A DNA stretch of 64,000 bases from Hypanus sabinus (lineage: Eukaryota): the NCBI RefSeq assembly GCF_030144855.1, contig NC_082735.1, forward strand, positions 26,908,001 to 26,972,000. Reading direction: 5' to 3'. The translations under genes and the position numbers were made by a program. Positions within the stretch are counted from its first letter, which is position 1. Every line of letters begins with the position of its first letter. Below, piece after piece: positions 12,628 to 25,190 of this stretch. The notes beneath the pieces are model-generated. The model was not told where the DNA came from, did no database searches, and worked only from the letters and a program-made list of their open reading frames with translations.

Positions 12628-14030
12628 TTACTAAAGAGAAGGTGCTTGGGAAGCTGAAAAGCCTGAAGGTAGATAAATCACCTGGACCAGATAGACTACA
12701 TCCCATGGTTCTAAAAGAGGTAACTGAAGAGATTTTTGATTGGAGGCATTAGTGATGGTATTTCAAGAATCAGTAGATTCTGGAATTGTTCCAGAGGACT
12801 GGAAAATTGCAAATGTCACTCCACTCCACTCTTTAAGAAGGGAGGGAGGCAGAAGAAAGGAAATTTTAGGCCAGTTAGCCTGACTTCAGTGATTGGGAAT
12901 ATGTTGGGAGTCCATTATTAAGGATGAGGTTTCAGGGTACTTGGAGAAGCTTGATAAAGTAGGCCAAAGTCAGCATGGTTTCCTTAAGTGTTAATCTTAC
13001 CTCAAATATGTTGAAATTCGTTGAGGATTTGTTTAGGATAGACAAAGGAGAGTTAGTGAAGTTTAGACTTGGATTTTCAGAGGGCCTTTGACACAAGGCT
13101 ACTTAACAAGGGCCTGTGCATGGTATTACAAGGATACTAGCATGGATACAAGACTGGCTGATAGGAGGCAAAGAATCAAAATAAAGGGGCCTACTTTAGT
13201 TGGCTGCTGGTGCCAAGTGGTATTCTGCAGGGGTCATAATGACTGCTGTTTTCCACATTATGTCAACAATTTGGATAATCGAATTAATGGCTTTTTGGCC
13301 AAGTTTGCAGACAATACATGGTGGAGGGGCAGGTGATCAGGGAATTTGCAGATTGGGAGAACAGGGAAAGAGCAGCAGATGAAATAAGTGTAGGGAAGTC
13401 TATGGTCATGCACTTTTATAGAAATAAGGTGTAGACTACTTTTCTGAATAGGAGGAAAAATTCAAAAATCAGAGGTGCAAAGGGACTTGGGAGCCCTTGT
13501 ACAGCATTCCCTAAAGGTTAACTTGCAGGTGGTAAAGGAAGGCAAATACAACGTTTGCATTCATTTTGAGATGACTAGAATAAGGATTTGATGCTTCAAT
13601 TTTATAAGCTATTGGTCAGACCTCATTCGTGAACAGCTTTGGGCCCTTATCTAAAAGATGTGTCAACGTTGGAGAGGGTCCAGGAGATGTTTAAAAGAAT
13701 GAATGAGAACGAGAACAATTTAATGGCTCAGGGCTTGTACCTGCTGCTGTTTAGATAGGTTTCAATGAGGTAAGCCCTATCAAATATTGAAAGGCCTAGA
13801 CAGAGTAGATATGAAGGAGTTTTCTAGGACCAGAGGGCACAGCCTCAGAATAGGGGTATATCTCTTTAGAACAGATGAGGATTTTCTTTAGCCAGAGGTT
13901 GGTGAAACTGTGGAATTCATTGCCACAGAAGACTCGAGGTCAATTCAGTGAGTATATTTAAAGCAATGGTTGAGAGGTTCTTGATCAGACAGGGAATCAA
14001 AAGATTACAGTAAGAATGGGGTTGAAAAGC
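12628..14030 (+). mobile_element. Decayed CR1 LINE, RT to 3' end, between RPL11 and eEF1A
   Basis: LKVDKSPGPDRLHP, PLFKKGGRQKKGNFRPVSLTS, SQHGF, LDFQRAFD, KFADN. Confidence 0.88.
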
Positions 14031-15694
14031 CAAGAGTACCAATTCTGCCAGACAGGGCGTCGTAGGTGGCAGGAGGGCAATTGGTTGTGAAGTAAGATAG
14101 CCTTGAGGCCTTTCTGATGGGGATTTAAGTATACAAAAGTTGGATGTCCATGGATAAAATGAGGCAGTCAAGGCCAGGGAATTGAAAGTGGTGGAGATAA
14201 TGGCAAATGTTATGAAGATGGTAAAGGACTGACCAAGGGGAACAAAATGGAATCAAGATACATGGACAAGTCATCAAACATTGTGTCTGGCCTTAACTGT
14301 TACCACAATCTTCAATGAAATATGACTTTCCTAGCAATCAGCATAGCAAAAGCCCATCGTATGTGCCAACCAAGTACTTACCCAATGGTAGGTACAGTGG
14401 TGTATGGGCAAGGGCAGCACAGCAGCAGTGGTTAGCCTAACATTAATAAAACACCAGCAACCTGGATTCATTTCCTGTAACAAGTATTTAATCTCACCAC
14501 TGTGACCACAGGTTCCCTCCCACATGTGGATCATTGAGTTAACCTGTTACATGGGCAGCATGAGCAGACCATGTTACCAGTCTACAAGCCTAAACAAATC
14601 CTATTTATTTGAGAGCACCTCTCCCTTTGCATGTGCTCTCCTAAACATAGGATGGGGCACACTGGGGACAAATTAGAGAAGCCAATTAACTTGCAAACTT
14701 ACAAATATTTGGGATGTGGAAGGAAAGCTCAACACCCAGGGGTAACAAACTCATCAATACAGAGTACCATCCATCCAGATGGATGCAACTAGGAAAAAGC
14801 ATTATTTATTAAAATCATTTAATTAGCTCTTGTTCAGTGAGTTCCCACGACTTAAAGTCCAACTTCTGAATAATACCAGAAAGCTTTAAGGAAATTACAT
14901 GTATTTTACATTAAAATAAGAAACAGCAACTCAACGTGATTTGAGATGATTGGGGAGGATTTTCTTTCTGAATCCATGTTAATTGATAAAACACAAAATT
15001 CCTAGTTTCATTATTTTTAGATAGGATGCCAGGCCTGACAAAGGGTCTTGGCCCAAAATGCCAACTGTTTGTTAATTTCCATAGATGCTGCCTGACCCAA
15101 CTTCCTCCAGCATTTTGTGATCTTTTCTATTCAATTTAGCTAGTCTTAACATTTCCATACCATGTACAGCACAAGTCCTTGATATTGTGCTGACTTTACA
15201 ACCTACTCTGAAGATCTGATCCATCCCTCCCACATAGCTCTCCATTTTTCTATCATCCACATACCTATTAACTTCTTAAACACATCCAATATGTCTCCAA
15301 CACCACCTGATAGAGCATTCCACATGCAAAACTCACCTGACATCCCCAATACACTTTCTATTAAACACCCTCAAAATTATGTCTGTCTTACGACACTTAA
15401 CTCTTGACATACACACCCTTTAAATATTTTATATTGCTCTTAGCTTTATCAGGATCATGTATTTATTATGTACCTTAATCTGTCCTCCAGCAGACCTTTG
15501 CCTGAGTTAACCAAAAAAATTTACTTTTCAATATTATAAGACCTATTTTCATATATATAGTTCACACTTCCAGATATAGCGGATTTGAAACAGGAAAAGT
15601 CAATCCACACCATCATTGCGTGTAACTAAGCATGCAGATTTATTTCCCCATATTAACCCAACAAATTAAAGCAAAACTATACCGGTTTTGAATA

Positions 15695-15700
15695 TTTATT
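15695..15700 (-). terminator. Likely eEF1A polyadenylation signal AATAAA
   Basis: First TTTATT on the plus strand beyond the stop codon, ~240 nt away. Confidence 0.65.
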
Positions 15701-15942
15701 AGTTTTAAATCATTACACAACCAAAACAGCTTCTAATTAGTGAAAGGACATTTACAATTACACTGCTAACTTTGGAATCTACATTTAGAATCCAACATTC
15801 CTAATCCTTTCCTTCTGAATTTCTTTCGATGCATCTTAGTCAATATCCAGTCTCTTATTAATATACATATTTGGCTGGTAATGAATAAACATTTTGGTGC
15901 AAGTCTCAAGGTTTGCTGGATCTTGGTGGCCAGTGGTAACAT

Positions 15943-16064
15943 TCACTTCTTGCTTAATGCTTTAGCGGCAGCCTTGGTGGTTTTTGTGGCAATATCCTTC
16001 TTAGTAACGGACTTGATAACACCAACAGCCACCGTCTGTCTCATATCACGGACAGCAAAACGAC
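15943..16064 (-). CDS. EEF1A: eEF1A exon 8 coding part ([40 protein letters not shown])
   Basis: ttgtag acceptor and TGA stop. Coding exons sum to 1386 nt = 461 aa + stop with no frameshift. Confidence 0.96.
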
Positions 16065-16628
16065 CTACAAGAGAAAAGGGTAATCGAATGAATTCTCAAT
16101 GCCATTTCTATTGGGAATTACCAAGTGCAAATCAACATCTTGTCGCGATTAAGGCTTTCCTAAGAAAATAAATGCCGGAACTGTAATAGGCTTAAGCCTT
16201 TTGATTTTCAAAACTCCAGTACAAAAAAATCACACCGAAAGAGGTGGAAGTATTATAAAAATCGTGCATTTTAGCCATCATTCCTCTCCTTCAGTCCAAA
16301 AATTACTTCTGTATTTCTGTCACTAATGGACATTCTAGCATGTCTGAGTTAATATTTCTAGCATTCTGTATCAATTTCAAGGTATACCATTAGCAGGTAC
16401 AATGGTACTCAGGTATGATATGAGGCTTTGTAGCCCTCAAGGGCTAACAGTAACCTTTACACACATGCCAACATTTTAATGATTCATATATACATCCTCC
16501 TTGGCCATTTTAAGGCACTCATGCTCACAGCTGTTATTGAAGAACACACAATGCAGGCACAATATGCAAATATTATGAACTGATGACAAAACAGGCAAAA
16601 CCAAAAATCTAACTTTAGGAAAACATAC

Positions 16629-16863
16629 CAAGAGGTGGATATTCAGAAAAGCTCTCGACACACATGGGCTTAGATGGTATCATGTGAACAATGGCTGCAT
16701 CTCCAGACTTTACAAATTTGGGGCTATCTTCCAACTTCTTGCCAGATCGACGATCAATTTTCTCCTTCAGCTCACTGAACTTGCAGGCAATGTGAGCAGT
16801 ATGACAATCAAGTACTGGGGCATAGCCAGCAGATATTTGACCAGGATGGTTCAGGATAATAAC
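16629..16863 (-). CDS. EEF1A: eEF1A exon 7 ([29 protein letters not shown]...[14 protein letters not shown])
   Basis: Manual translation; 235 nt with AG/GT boundaries. Confidence 0.97.
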
Positions 16864-17044
16864 CTTTAAAAAAAAATCAAATTTATAAAATCATAATCAC
16901 TTACTCATAACTCACAACTTTTGACAAGGTTTGATGCAGGACATGATGCTTATTTCTTGGGACATTCATTCCACTGAATACAGATGGAGCCCTCTCCTCT
17001 CCCTTAACAATACACATTCTAAAGTGTGCCTGCATTAATCAGTT

Positions 17045-17290
17045 GAGATAGTGTTCTGGCCCTTTGAACCATGCTGCCCAGCAATCCATTTTAACCCTAG
17101 CTGAATCATGGGGCCATTTACAAAGGCCAATTAGCCTACCAACTTTTAGGTCTTTGGACTGTGGGAAGAAACCAGAGCACCTGGAGGAAACAGGGAAAAC
17201 ATACCAAACTCCTTACAGCCACTGGCAGGAACTGAACCCAGGGCATCTGTATTGTAAAGTGTTGTGCTAACCACTATGCTACCATGCTGT
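17045..17290 (-). mobile_element. V-SINE in eEF1A intron 6
   Basis: GTCTTTGGACTGTGGGAAGAAACCAGAGCACCTGGAGGAAAC. Other copies at ~14415-14590(+), 23445-23682(-) and 32330-32600(-). Confidence 0.78.
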
Positions 17291-17572
17291 AGCTATAAGA
17301 GTGACAGACGGAATGTTTGTTTCCGTTAATGGGTAGAATGACCACAGTAATTTCAAAGTTTCCTGGAAAGAAAATACAAATTGGTGCACACTTCATACTT
17401 TGCTCAGAGTATACCCACTGGCCAAACTGGTTAGAATTACAGAATAAGGCCTAACCAGTTCAAGTCATCAAAACACCATTAATAATTTACAATCACATGC
17501 TTTCTAAGCTGAGATAAATTAGCATCCTGATGACCACTAAATGGAAGATTGAGTGAACAAGTTCTCCTTTAC

Positions 17573-17829
17573 CTGTGCAATAAAATCAGCAGTTTGTGTT
17601 GGAGGGTCATTTTTGCTGTCACCAGCAACATAACCCCGACGGATATCCTTAACAGAGACGTTCTTGATGTTGAAACCAACATTGTCACCAGGAAGAGCTT
17701 CTAGCAAGCCTTCATGGTGCATTTCCACAGATTTCACTTCAGTGATGACTGGATTGGGAGCAAACTGCACCAACATGGATGGTTTCAGAACACCTGTCTC
17801 AACCCGACCGACTGGTACTGTGCCAATGC
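17573..17829 (-). CDS. EEF1A: eEF1A exon 6 ([13 protein letters not shown]...EMHHE...PGDNVGFN...ADFIAQ)
   Basis: ORF 17537..17776 plus manual extension; 257 nt with AG/GT boundaries. Confidence 0.97.
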
Positions 17830-18092
17830 CTGCAAGGAAACCACAAATTCAGAATCCAAAAATTTACAAATTCCCCCAATAACAGCTACAACAGATGAAA
17901 ATGCTACAGTGTAATCATTGCAGATCTAAATTAGGGTTATACAGTGAGATTTAGGTGGAGACAATTGGCCAAGGGTGCACAATGCCCTTTAAAGTAGGGC
18001 CATTTTTAGTGACAACACTTTCTGTTCTTCAAATTCTGCTCCGAAACATCATGAATTCTGGTACCCATATAGTATCAGAACTAGTAAGTTAC

Positions 18093-18243
18093 CTCCAATC
18101 TTGTAGACATCCTGGAGAGGGAGACGAAGAGGTTTCTTTATTGGGCGCTCTGGAGGCTGAATGCAGTCGAGAGCTTCAAGCAGTGTGGTACCAGAGAGGT
18201 TTTCATTTTTCCTGGTAATTGACCAACCTTTGAACCAGTTCAT
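18093..18243 (-). CDS. EEF1A: eEF1A exon 5 (MNWFKGW...[13 protein letters not shown])
   Basis: ORF 18049..18243; 151 nt with AG/GT boundaries. Confidence 0.97.
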
Positions 18244-18381
18244 CTGTTTATTTAAAAAAAAACAGAATCAAAACTAGGATATTCGTAGAAAGCAGCCAGT
18301 ACCAAACAAAACAATTTTGCAAAATTTTGCTAGCACCAAATAATTAAATTTAATGCCACTGAAGTGACCATAGCTACGTAC

Positions 18382-18678
18382 ATTCTGACTTTGTTCTAGC
18401 ATGTTGTCACCATTCCAACCAGAGATAGGAACAAATGCTACAGTTGCTGGGTTATAGCCGATCTTCTTGATGTATGTGCTGACTTCCTTCGTGATTTCAT
18501 TGTATCTTGCCTCGCTGAATGGGGGTTCAGTGGAGTCCATCTTGTTGATACCAATGATGAGCTGCTTGACACCCAAGGTGTAGGCAAGCAGAGCATGTTC
18601 CCTTGTCTGTCCGTTCTTTGAGATACCAGCTTCAAACTCCCCCACACCAGCTGCAACTATCAGCACAGCGCAGTCAGC
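18382..18678 (-). CDS. EEF1A: eEF1A exon 4 ([21 protein letters not shown]...NKMD...[10 protein letters not shown])
   Basis: ORF 18274..18666; G4 motif NKMD; 297 nt with AG/GT boundaries. Confidence 0.97.
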
Positions 18679-18861
18679 CTAGAAAAAGAGGATCTGTTAA
18701 ATGAGGTATTGGCCCAGGACCATTTAGATGAAGTAGGGGTACGGAAGTTCTACAAGAGGTTCTGCACAAAGTGAAAGCACACTCTTTTGTCATGTGCTAC
18801 CTTTGGCAATAATTTAGAAATATGGACTTGGCTTTCAATCACAAAACTGACCATGAACAAA

Positions 18862-19342
<481 letters not shown>

Positions 19343-19412
19343 CTAGATAACAGAAAAAGGAATGTTAGGACCACTCATCAGCCTTATTCAACAGCTTAAA
19401 GTGCTACCTTGC

Positions 19413-19821
<409 letters not shown>

Positions 19822-21060
19822 TTAACGTTGGAATGAGTCCTGTAAAAGAGCAAGATTGCTATTAATTTCTAAATTCCAAAAACTTAGCAACTTCAGCTTT
19901 AAATATACCTATGGGACTTGGCCACCGCAGTCTGTGGCAGAGCATTCCAGATTCACCAAATCTGTTAAAAAAAAATATTACCCCCGATTCTGAAAAGTCT
20001 CCCCTCAATTTTGAAGCTGTGCCTTCCAGTTCTGGAAACCCCCGGCAAAGTAAGCGAGTAAAGGCCTTCGCATAGCCGGTCACATCCTGCATGAGTCAAT
20101 GGGGACGTGGCCAATGATTCATTCAGCAGTCAGGACTATGACCCCGGAATTACACAACGCCGGGTGGTCCCTTCCCGAATGAACGGGGAGTGGGGAAAAA
20201 AAATCTACTCCGGGTGCCGATCACTGGGAATTCAAAAGATGTTTAAATCTCCTCCTGGGGCAGTGCCTGAATTTCACGTGGAAATCTGACGAGGACCGCT
20301 TAGGGATTAATGTCAGAATCCATAATCAAGCATCTCATTGGAAAATCACTATAATTTAAAAATCCACCCGTTGGGTATTAAATGGACCGTCAGCTAGGGG
20401 TGAAATAGTGACCATCGTGCCGGTGAAGCATCTCCAAGGCCCATGCGGGTGGACCGGAACAGCTTCGCTCATTGCATCAGACACCCAACAATGGGCTCCT
20501 CCCTCACTTCACCCAAAATGAGTGGAGGGGAGAAAGTTTAAAACTACAAATTACACCGCGGAACGCCTCAAGACACCCGGTATTTTGTACAGGCCCAGTC
20601 GATGTTGCCGGATGGTCAGGTACAAGCAGCGGATTGAAGCGGATTGCGCTCCCCCGGCCCGGCGGCTCTGTCGCCCAACAAAAGCGGCCTCGGGATAAGG
20701 TGACGTCGCCGGCCTTTCGCTCTCTCGTCCGGGAGCTTTTTTCAAAGACCCTCATCATCGTTCTGACAAACAGGCGAGTGGATTTTTTCCCCATTTATAT
20801 CACACACGAGAGAAAAAGAAAATCACCCCGTCATAGAAGTACGCTTCTCAGAAATACCGGCTTTCAGCTCCCTAGTCAAATACCTACACGAGTTGCCTAG
20901 AGAAAGGGTAATTAAACTGGAATCCGAGTCCATCACAGACAAAAAAAAACATTTATACATAATAATTTCACCACATGAAATTAATATACGTTAATTTAAT
21001 ATACATTGACCCCAGGCCCAAGCTTCTCTCCCACACAGCCATTTCTTTTAAAGTATTTAC

Positions 21061-21111
21061 CGTTAAGATGCAGCCGCAAACCCGCCTTCCGCAGAATCGG
21101 AGACTAAAAGG
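21061..21111 (-). other. eEF1A non-coding exon 1 with 5'TOP-like start (CCTTTT...)
   Basis: Starts ~30 nt downstream of TATAAA and ends at an ACG|GTAAAT donor; matches the known vertebrate EEF1A1 layout. Confidence 0.75.
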
Positions 21112-21200
21112 ACCGGAAAAATGGCGCCGTGGCAATTTATAGGCCGGGAGGTGGGGTGGGAGACTGGTTGACGACGGCTTTCCTCTTCCCCTCCCCCTTT
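21112..21200 (-). promoter_or_regulatory. eEF1A core promoter: TATA box 21136-21141, YY1-like CGCCATTTT 21117-21125, ETS-like CCGGAA
   Basis: Motifs read directly; lies in a CpG island spanning ~20000-21250 (intron 1 and promoter). Confidence 0.75.
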
Positions 21201-22529
21201 TTCTCTGCCCTCCGAGGATTAATGTTAGATGCATGCACGCTTTGTATTTTTCTCCATCTCTTCTTCCCTCCCCTCCACTTTTTCTTAAATTTAGGGGTGA
21301 AAAAAGGTTTAAGCGATTTCATTAGTCTTCCCGTTACAAACATCAAATAAATTCTTCGAGACTCCTCAGATTTACCCACCCATCCGGTTCTAAATGGATT
21401 AACGTTTCTTTTTGCTTCACACCCACTTGTTTCATCCGGACATTTCTGAATCTGAAGAATGAACGACGTGCCAAGAATTTTGACTTTTTATTGGCCTCTG
21501 GAGCGATGTATAGTTTTTAAATACCAATGCTGAAGGTAATTTCAGAATGGCTGGCGTAATTGTTTAATTAATATTCCAGTCTTTTCCTAAATAATGTAAT
21601 ATTTTTAAATGATTTCCTCATCCCACCCTTCCTTCAACCATGGCATGAACATGAAACCGATATTTTATACAGATTCCAGAAGATCCCAAAATTTAAAAAA
21701 AACACTAAACACGAGAGAGATTTTGGGTAGGACCCTTAAGAGTTAAATTTTATCGAAGCAGACCGCCTGGAAAGTTCTTAACTGAAGCACAATAAAAGTC
21801 GTTTTATAAAACCATGCCCGGGAGTTGCTGTCACGTGATTAGAATTAGCCAAAGGCTAAATTACTCTGTCTTTAGTGATTCAGAGTCTGCTCATGGTTTA
21901 CAAAGTTTTTTTGGTGCACATTGCAACTGGAACATGGGGGGGGGCGAAATCTACTTCAAACTCAAATATAATTGCTCCCCAAAAAGAACCTTTTGAAGCG
22001 TTTATTCCATAATGTGCCATGAATTAACAAAAAAAACCCATCATTGAGTAAAATAATAACCATCTGGTTCTTTGAGCTCACTCTGCCATTCAGCAAAGGT
22101 CATGGCTGATCTTTTACTTAAGTGCTATCTCCATATTCCTTGAATTATTTATGTCCAGAAATCTATTGATCTGTTTTGATTGCATCCACAGCCATCAAAG
22201 TTAGAGAATTCCAAGGGTTCACTGCCCTCTAAAGAAATGTCCCCTCAACAGAGTCATAAAAGGCTTGTGACTTATTCTGGGTCAAATAATAGAATGTGTT
22301 TGCCATCATTTTAATTCTTTCATTCTCCTATTGTAAATACTTAATTTATTTACAGATGAGATATGTAACTTCTCTAACTAATAACAAGTTATTAGTTACA
22401 GAGGGTTTCACTCTGACAGGATGTAATTGTACTTCATGGAAAAGTTAATTTCTGGGAGTACTATGTACTATAATTTTAGCTACATTGTAAACAGGATCTC
22501 CCGGTCACCACCCACTTCAACTCTGTTTC

Positions 22530-23005
22530 ACGTTCTCATTTGGATATGTCCATACTTGGTCTTCTCTACTGCCATGATGAGGCCAAACTCAGGCTGGAGG
22601 AGCAACACCTTGTATACTGTCTGGGTAGTCTCCAGCCCCCTGGCATGAACATTGAATTCTCCAACTTGTGGTAATTCCCTCCCCCTCCCTTCCCCCATCC
22701 CAGTTTCACTCTGCCTCCTCCTCCAGCTACCTATCACCTCCCTCATGGTTCTGCCTTCTTCCCATAATGTTTTCCCCTTACATTCCTCCTTCACCTTTCC
22801 TGCCTATCCCCTCCCTCACCTCTTGATCTTTCCCCTTACTGGTTTTTCACCTGGCACCTACCAGCCTTCTTCCCACCCTCCCCCCACCTTCTTTATAGGG
22901 CCCTGCCCCCTCCATCTTCAGTCCTGATGAAGGGTCTTGGAATGTAATTTTGTCTGTTCATTCCCACGGATGCTGCCCGACCTGCTGAGTTCCTCCAGTG
23001 TGTTG
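22530..23005 (+). mobile_element. Penelope-like 3' fragment
   Basis: RLEEQHL-type remnant, pyrimidine-rich UTR and GATGCTGCC..CCTGCTGAGTTCCTCCAG tail. Confidence 0.8.
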
Positions 23006-24819
23006 TTATAAACTCTCAAAGTCCACATACAGTAGTTAGCTCTCTGTTCTTGTAGGGTACATCCTCAAAAAATGTCTTTTAAGTAAAAATCCTTAAAATG
23101 ACTTGCTTCCCTTTCATATATCCACCTTTATTCTGCCCAGTTTATTTAACTTAGTGATACCGTAGTGGCCCCCACAGACTTGTATGATGCTCCCTTAGGG
23201 CAGTTAGCAAACATACAATCTTGAAGTGATGAACCTAAGTGAAATTAATTGTAATTGAGCGGGTTGCAAAAGATGTGACACCCATCGGGCCTCAATACTA
23301 AATGAAACTACTGAGCATAAAGCACAAATACATAATTAAACCCTATGCTTTTCCCACTCCCATCCACATAACTAGTTACTGTAATAAATATAGAAAGCAC
23401 ACAGTACAGAATCCAGTGCTGATACAGAACAGATGCATGGCTCCTACAGATACAGTATGGAATAGGCCCTCCCTCCGAGCCATAACCCTAGCCTAAAATC
23501 ACCGGACAATTTGCAATGATCAATTTGCCTACTAACAGGCTGTGGAAGGAAACCCATGTGGACACAGGAAGGAACGAAAACACTTGCTTACAGAGGACGC
23601 TGGAATTCTACTCTGAACTCTGACCCCCCCCCACCCCCAGCTGTAACAGCATCACGCTAACTACCGCACTACCATGGTGCCCTGTATTATTAGTATTTTC
23701 TTGGCATTTTGTTCACTATTACTAATAACTGATGTCCAAGTTGCTATTACAGAAGGCTGAGCTGAAATAAAACTTTGCCAGATAATTTCACTCCAGAGAG
23801 CCTGCATACAGAGATAAATTTGTTTGATAAAGTCATAAGACCATGAGTCATCAAATTCCACTTTGAACTTCTTAAGTAAATGCTGCCATAGTCATAGTAG
23901 CCATAGAAAGTGAACACAAACTTCAACTCCAATTACCAAGAAAGCAAATAACCTGACAAATTAATCGTTATGCTCTCAACAAGTATATAGTATTGATTTT
24001 CATTTTAAGCTGTGGCTACAGACGTAAATGTTCTAGAGAAAGTGCAGAGAACATTTACTAAAGTGGTTCCAAGGATGCGGGGCTTAATTTTTGTGAATAG
24101 ATCAGAGAAACTGGCAGACACACGAGACATGCAGATGCTGCAATCTGGGGTGAGGAGTAAATTGCCGAAAGAGCTCAGTGGGTCAAGTAGCATCTGCGGA
24201 CGGTTGATATTTTAGGTTGAGGCCCTGCTTCAGGACTTTGAGTTTAGAGGGAGGCTAGCCAGTTTATAGGAGAGATGAGAAATAAGTTGGTGGTAGTTGC
24301 AAAAATGAGGATGATGGATGAAAGGTAGAAATAGAGTAGGTGATCACCTTCATCCAGGATCTTTTCCCTTAGTTGGCCTTTTCCATTCCTGCCTCTTCCC
24401 CTCATTACCAGTTACATCTGCCCAGCATTTCTTCACCCTTGGTTCATCTTCCATATCCAATCTATCTCTGGTTTCCACCATCCCTCCCTTATCCAGCTCC
24501 ATCCATCACCTACCAGCCTCCGCTGGCGCACTGAGTTCTTCCAGATGTGTTTTTTTTTTGCTCCAGAGAAGCTGGGATTGCACTTCTGGAGACTGAGGAA
24601 GCTGTGCTGGGATTGGCATTAAGGGAGTAGGTAGGAGGAAACTGTATCTGTTGGTGGTGGGGGGGGCAAGATTGAAGAGTTATAGAATGAAGACAATTGG
24701 CAAAGGAACCAGAAATGATATGAGGAATATAATGTTCTATGAATAAGATCTGGAAAAGGATTGTAGCAATGACAGATTTGACCGTGGCATTGAACCCGAA
24801 GATGGATGAATATTTGAAA

Positions 24820-25190
24820 TCTTTTCCCCCTCTCCCTTCCTTTTTCTTCTACACTCTGGCCTCTTAGCGCTTGCTACCTACTAATCATCTCCCCCTGGGT
24901 CCCCTCCCTCCCCTTTCTCCTATGGTCCACTCTTCTCTCCAGCCCTTTATCTTACCCACCCACCTGGCTTCACCTATCACCTTTTAGCTTATCCAACCTT
25001 CCCTTCCCCTCCCCTCCCCACCTTTTTATTCCGGCATCTTCCCCCTTCCTTTTCAGTCCTGAAGAAAGGTCTCAGCCTGAAACATCAACTGTCTATTCAT
25101 TTCCACAGATGCTGCCTGACTTGCTGAGTTCTTCCAGCGTTCTGTGTGTTTCTTTTGGATTTCCAGCATCCGCAGATTTTCTTGTGTTTA
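24820..25190 (+). mobile_element. Penelope-like 3' UTR/tail fragment
   Basis: Same UTR and tail sequence. Further copies at ~3735-3905, 11830-12066, 15030-15120, 24115-24570, 32908-33052, 34660-35095, 37820-37930 and 54418-54545. Confidence 0.78.

Noticed and set aside
20472-21379. ORFs of 60-142 aa around the eEF1A promoter, and likewise 10722-11123 at RPL11
   Set aside because: These are stop-poor GC-rich CpG-island frames with no recognisable protein features.
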